From NCBI GenBank assembly GCA_964525635.1, contig CAZGJX010000001.1, forward strand, positions 62,344-126,343: a DNA stretch of 64,000 nt, in the 5' to 3' direction. Each line of letters opens with the position of its first letter. Within the stretch, counting starts at the first letter, position 1. Source of the DNA: an uncultured archaeon. GTDB taxonomy: Archaea; Asgardarchaeota; Lokiarchaeia; Sigyniarchaeales; SOKP01. The translations under genes and the position numbers were made by a program. This document shows positions 61,074 through 64,000 of the stretch, in pieces. The notes under the pieces were generated by a model, which saw nothing but the letters and a program-made list of their open reading frames with translations, was not told the origin of the DNA and ran no database searches.

Positions 61074-62351
61074 TTGAAGAATATTTGTGCATTGTGTTAT
61101 TTTCATCGTAAAATAGGTCCATTAGTCTTCTATTCATATCCCGAAAATATATTAGATGATCAATTATCAACAAGAATCGCAAATATCATGGATCAGCAGT
61201 TTATAGAAGGCTTTTTTACTCATTCATTTGAAGATATCATTACTATGAATTATTATTTTGAAATTCAATCAGATTGGGCACGTGGAAATAAAGATATGTT
61301 GATGATATCTTTTATCTTTGATGAACAAATAACAACAGAAATTGAAGAAAAAATACAGTCTTTATGTAATGAATTCTCTGAAAAATTAAAATCCAATGAA
61401 GCAATTTACACAGCTTTTCACATTAGTGATATTAAAAATTTTGATAAAGAAGAACAAGAAATCATTGTTAAGAATAATGAATTAATCAAATTATGGGTAA
61501 GAGAGTTATATTGGGCAACTATAGAAATTACAAGAGAAAAAACAGAAGAAGAAAAATTAGCCAACCTTTTAAATAAAAAATATATCTTTTTAATATTAAG
61601 AAAACTTTCAAAAGGACCATTACCATTGGAATGGCTGAAGGATTGGTTTCAAGATAATTTTCTAGATATAAACTTTAGTGAAGTTATCGAAAGCTTAATT
61701 GAAAAACGATTAATATTTATAAATCAAATTGGTATTGTTGAAAAATATGTACTGCTACTAAAAGAGGTGAATGCAGAAAGAATTCCTCCAGATAGCGTTA
61801 TTGAGTATATAGATGAAACACCAAAATTAATAGAATTGATCCTTCCAAAAGTTCAGAAATTTTTTAGTATGTATGAAACCAAAACAGAGGAGGAGCTAGA
61901 AGAGGATTCTTTTCTTCTTTTTCAAATTATTGCAGATCCAAAAAAATATAATGTTCTCTCTGAATTAAGAAATGGTCTAATTCCTAGAGATAAATTACCT
62001 AAACTTGTATCAAAAAGAAATTTAGATGCTTTAAGTAAAGTAATAGATTTTTTAAAAGAACATAATATAATTGAAGAACTTAAGTATAAAAATGAAAGAT
62101 ATATTGTTCTAAAAACAAACTTGCAAATAACTACTGCTTTTCCTGAATATTTAAGAAAATTATTGCCAAAAGAATCTAAACCTGTTATTGCAAATATATA
62201 TAGTCCAGGAATCAGTGAAAAAGATAATATTGAAGGTATCTTTATAGATGAGATCAATACAGATGTTAAAAGCATCATTGATAATATTGAAAATAAAACT
62301 CTAAATCATAATAACCTAAAAAAGAAAAAAAAAAGAAAAAAAAGAAATTAA
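61074..62351 (+). CDS. Longin/uDENN-like N-terminal domain protein with wHTH-like segments and a polybasic tail
   Basis: YFHRKIGPLVFYSYP start resembles longin/uDENN F-x-x-x-x-GP-x-x-x-x-x-P; FEIQSDWARG; ends KKKKKRKKRN. Confidence 0.6.
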   Translation: MKNICALCYFHRKIGPLVFYSYPENILDDQLSTRIANIMDQQFIEGFFTHSFEDIITMNYYFEIQSDWARGNKDMLMISFIFDEQITTEIEEKIQSLCNEFSEKLKSNEAIYTAFHISDIKNFDKEEQEIIVKNNELIKLWVRELYWATIEITREKTEEEKLANLLNKKYIFLILRKLSKGPLPLEWLKDWFQDNFLDINFSEVIESLIEKRLIFINQIGIVEKYVLLLKEVNAERIPPDSVIEYIDETPKLIELILPKVQKFFSMYETKTEEELEEDSFLLFQIIADPKKYNVLSELRNGLIPRDKLPKLVSKRNLDALSKVIDFLKEHNIIEELKYKNERYIVLKTNLQITTAFPEYLRKLLPKESKPVIANIYSPGISEKDNIEGIFIDEINTDVKSIIDNIENKTLNHNNLKKKKKRKKRN

Positions 62352-62417
62352 ATGATTAATTTTATAAAAATAATTTTTTATTTTTTTTGAACTTATTTTA
62401 GGATTTGGTCAATAAGA

Positions 62418-62678
62418 ATGCCAAAAGAAGAACAATCTGATGAAGATTTAAAATATCTATTAGGTAATATGGGAGTTGAGATTTTTTTTGCAATAGATAA
62501 GGGAGCTACTAAATTTGATACAATAAAATTATTCTCAGGTATACCTATTGCATGCATTAAAGGGAGAATTCCTGTATTATTAGGTTTAAATTTAATAGAA
62601 AAAAAAAAAGAAGAATATTTCATCACAGAAAAGGGGATTCGATTTAAAAAAAAAATAAATAAAAATCGTTTAACTTAA
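62418..62678 (+). CDS. Small winged-helix protein
   Basis: EIFFAI..GA..F..I...SG......RI.VL..L.LIE....Y.ITEKG pattern. Confidence 0.7.
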   Translation: MPKEEQSDEDLKYLLGNMGVEIFFAIDKGATKFDTIKLFSGIPIACIKGRIPVLLGLNLIEKKKEEYFITEKGIRFKKKINKNRLT

Positions 62679-62796
62679 TTATTGCTATATAAGAATAATG
62701 ACATCAGTCTGGGGCAACATATTCATTGTTATGAGCAATAACTCTTTTATATTGTCACAAGTTCATCATCTGTCAAGATTCTTATTCTAAATTATT

Positions 62797-63465
62797 TTAA
62801 GTATCTCCATATATTTCAATCTCAAGATCTAATTCTTTAAGAGGAAGATCACTATATAAATAATCAATAAATTCATCAATTTCTTTTTGATCATCACCAA
62901 AAATTTTCAGAATAAATATTTCTTTTTCTTTCTGTTTTTCCACCCTATATCCAGATTTTTTCGCTTTTAAAGTATATGAATCAGCTCTATTTTCATCAGA
63001 AGTCTTGTATATTCCACATTTATTTCCTTTAGAAAGGATTCTGAAGGCAAAAGATGGAGCTTTCCTAATTTTACCATCATTCGATCTATATGTACAATCA
63101 CCATATATATTTACATTTTTCTCTAAAAAAATAACCTCATCGATTTCAGAAAAACAAAAGACTTTATCCCCTGACATTACTTTAGATAAAAACTTCTTTT
63201 TTTCTTCTTGATTTTTTGCTACATCATTATCATGATATTCTAACATATTTCTCATTTTAGGACAGATCTCTTGAATTAATCTTTCAAGCTCTTCTTTATT
63301 ATTCGATATAGTCAATTCGCCGAACATTTTAACAAAATTGCAGAGAACCTTTTTAATTCTGAAATTTACAATCTTACAGGGACAAGGATCATATGAATTA
63401 TAACATATTTTTTTTCCAATATTATCCATTAAATTATCCATTGTCAAGGTTATATGTTCCCTCAA
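62797..63465 (-). CDS. Hypothetical protein
   Basis: 222-aa ORF with no recognised motif. Confidence 0.55.
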   Translation of the reverse strand: MREHITLTMDNLMDNIGKKICYNSYDPCPCKIVNFRIKKVLCNFVKMFGELTISNNKEELERLIQEICPKMRNMLEYHDNDVAKNQEEKKKFLSKVMSGDKVFCFSEIDEVIFLEKNVNIYGDCTYRSNDGKIRKAPSFAFRILSKGNKCGIYKTSDENRADSYTLKAKKSGYRVEKQKEKEIFILKIFGDDQKEIDEFIDYLYSDLPLKELDLEIEIYGDT

Positions 63466-63646
63466 AATATTTAAATTTTATGATAGTATTAAATAAGTAA
63501 ATTACATGAACACATCAAGAGAAAGAAATCCACTTTTTATTATTCTAACAGCATAATCATATTTAAATGTTGGTCTTCGTTGAATAGAATCTGGAAATAA
63601 ATTTCCTGATGAAGAAAAATTAACCTAAAAAAAGAAGTATAAAAAA

Positions 63647-63829
63647 ATGAGCAATTTTATAAAAAAGAAAAGACTCACCCAAGAGGACATAGAAAGGATG
63701 ATGGCAAACGCACTTTTAGATGCATATTTAGCATGTCCCTATTGTGAATATGGAGATTTAGAGCTTGATTATGACACCTGTCCAGAATGCCAGAAAAAGA
63801 ATCCACTAAGTCAGCTTGGGATGATCTAA
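63647..63829 (+). CDS. Small double-CxxC zinc-ribbon protein
   Basis: CPYC...CPEC; followed by SD GAGGAGG and the next gene. Confidence 0.65.
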   Translation: MSNFIKKKRLTQEDIERMMANALLDAYLACPYCEYGDLELDYDTCPECQKKNPLSQLGMI

Positions 63830-63848
63830 TGAGGAGGGATACAAAAAA

Positions 63849-64000
63849 ATGAAAAACCTAATTTATGAAAGGATCTATAAAAAGCTCTCCCACCTAATCA
63901 ATTTTGAGAGGTTACAACAAAAAGAGTATATCAAATATAAGAGTACGGGACTCATGGATTTACATATCGATTTCCTACGAGTTGAGGAAAATAATGCGTT
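63849..64000 (+). CDS. Partial ORF (MKNLIYERIYKKL...KSTGLMDLHID), possibly DUF6908/DUF1249-like
   Basis: ATG after strong SD GAGGAGG; open to the window end; family assignment from memory of the motif only. Confidence 0.55.
   Translation, partial: MKNLIYERIYKKLSHLINFERLQQKEYIKYKSTGLMDLHIDFLRVEENNA

Noticed and set aside
1-64000. CRISPR array or rRNA genes
   Set aside because: No regularly spaced repeats and no GC-rich rRNA-like stretch; the only tandem repeat found is coding, inside top6B.

Overview
Strongly AT-rich archaeal chromosomal window, most consistent with an Asgard archaeon (Lokiarchaeia-like). Support: archaeal MCM/GINS/Topo VI/ValRS/LysW-pathway genes, two Rab-like GTPases, a longin/uDENN-like protein and an intron-containing tRNA. 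Main blocks: a MoxR/DUF4350/DUF4129/transglutaminase-like cluster (1-8.8 kb); a replication/topology cluster with uvrD, intein-containing mcm, a membrane HEAT protein, gins23 and top6A/B (13-28 kb); coaBC, a radical SAM gene, a solo-TnpB IS200/IS605 element and lysX-lysZ-lysK (28-36 kb); accessory genes around tRNA-Ala(CGC) (36-46 kb); valS, then scpB-scpA-[Rab, nuclease pseudogene]-smc and a cdc6-like gene (46-59 kb); and a possible mobile-element edge at the right end. The top observation is that the otherwise intact moxR gene, missed by the ORF track, is split just before its Walker A motif by a 31-nt AU-rich insert. The insert folds with the flanking exons into a relaxed bulge-helix-bulge, and removing it restores [14 protein letters not shown]. 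This is a candidate tRNA-endonuclease-spliced mRNA intron in an Asgard protein-coding gene. Also notable: an SMC with no recognisable hinge and repeat-extended arms, a kleisin with an extra N-terminal HEH-like domain, a TnpB with a Fanzor-like rearranged RuvC site, and a greatly extended Top6B with a probable non-canonical start. All calls are by eye; no searches were run.
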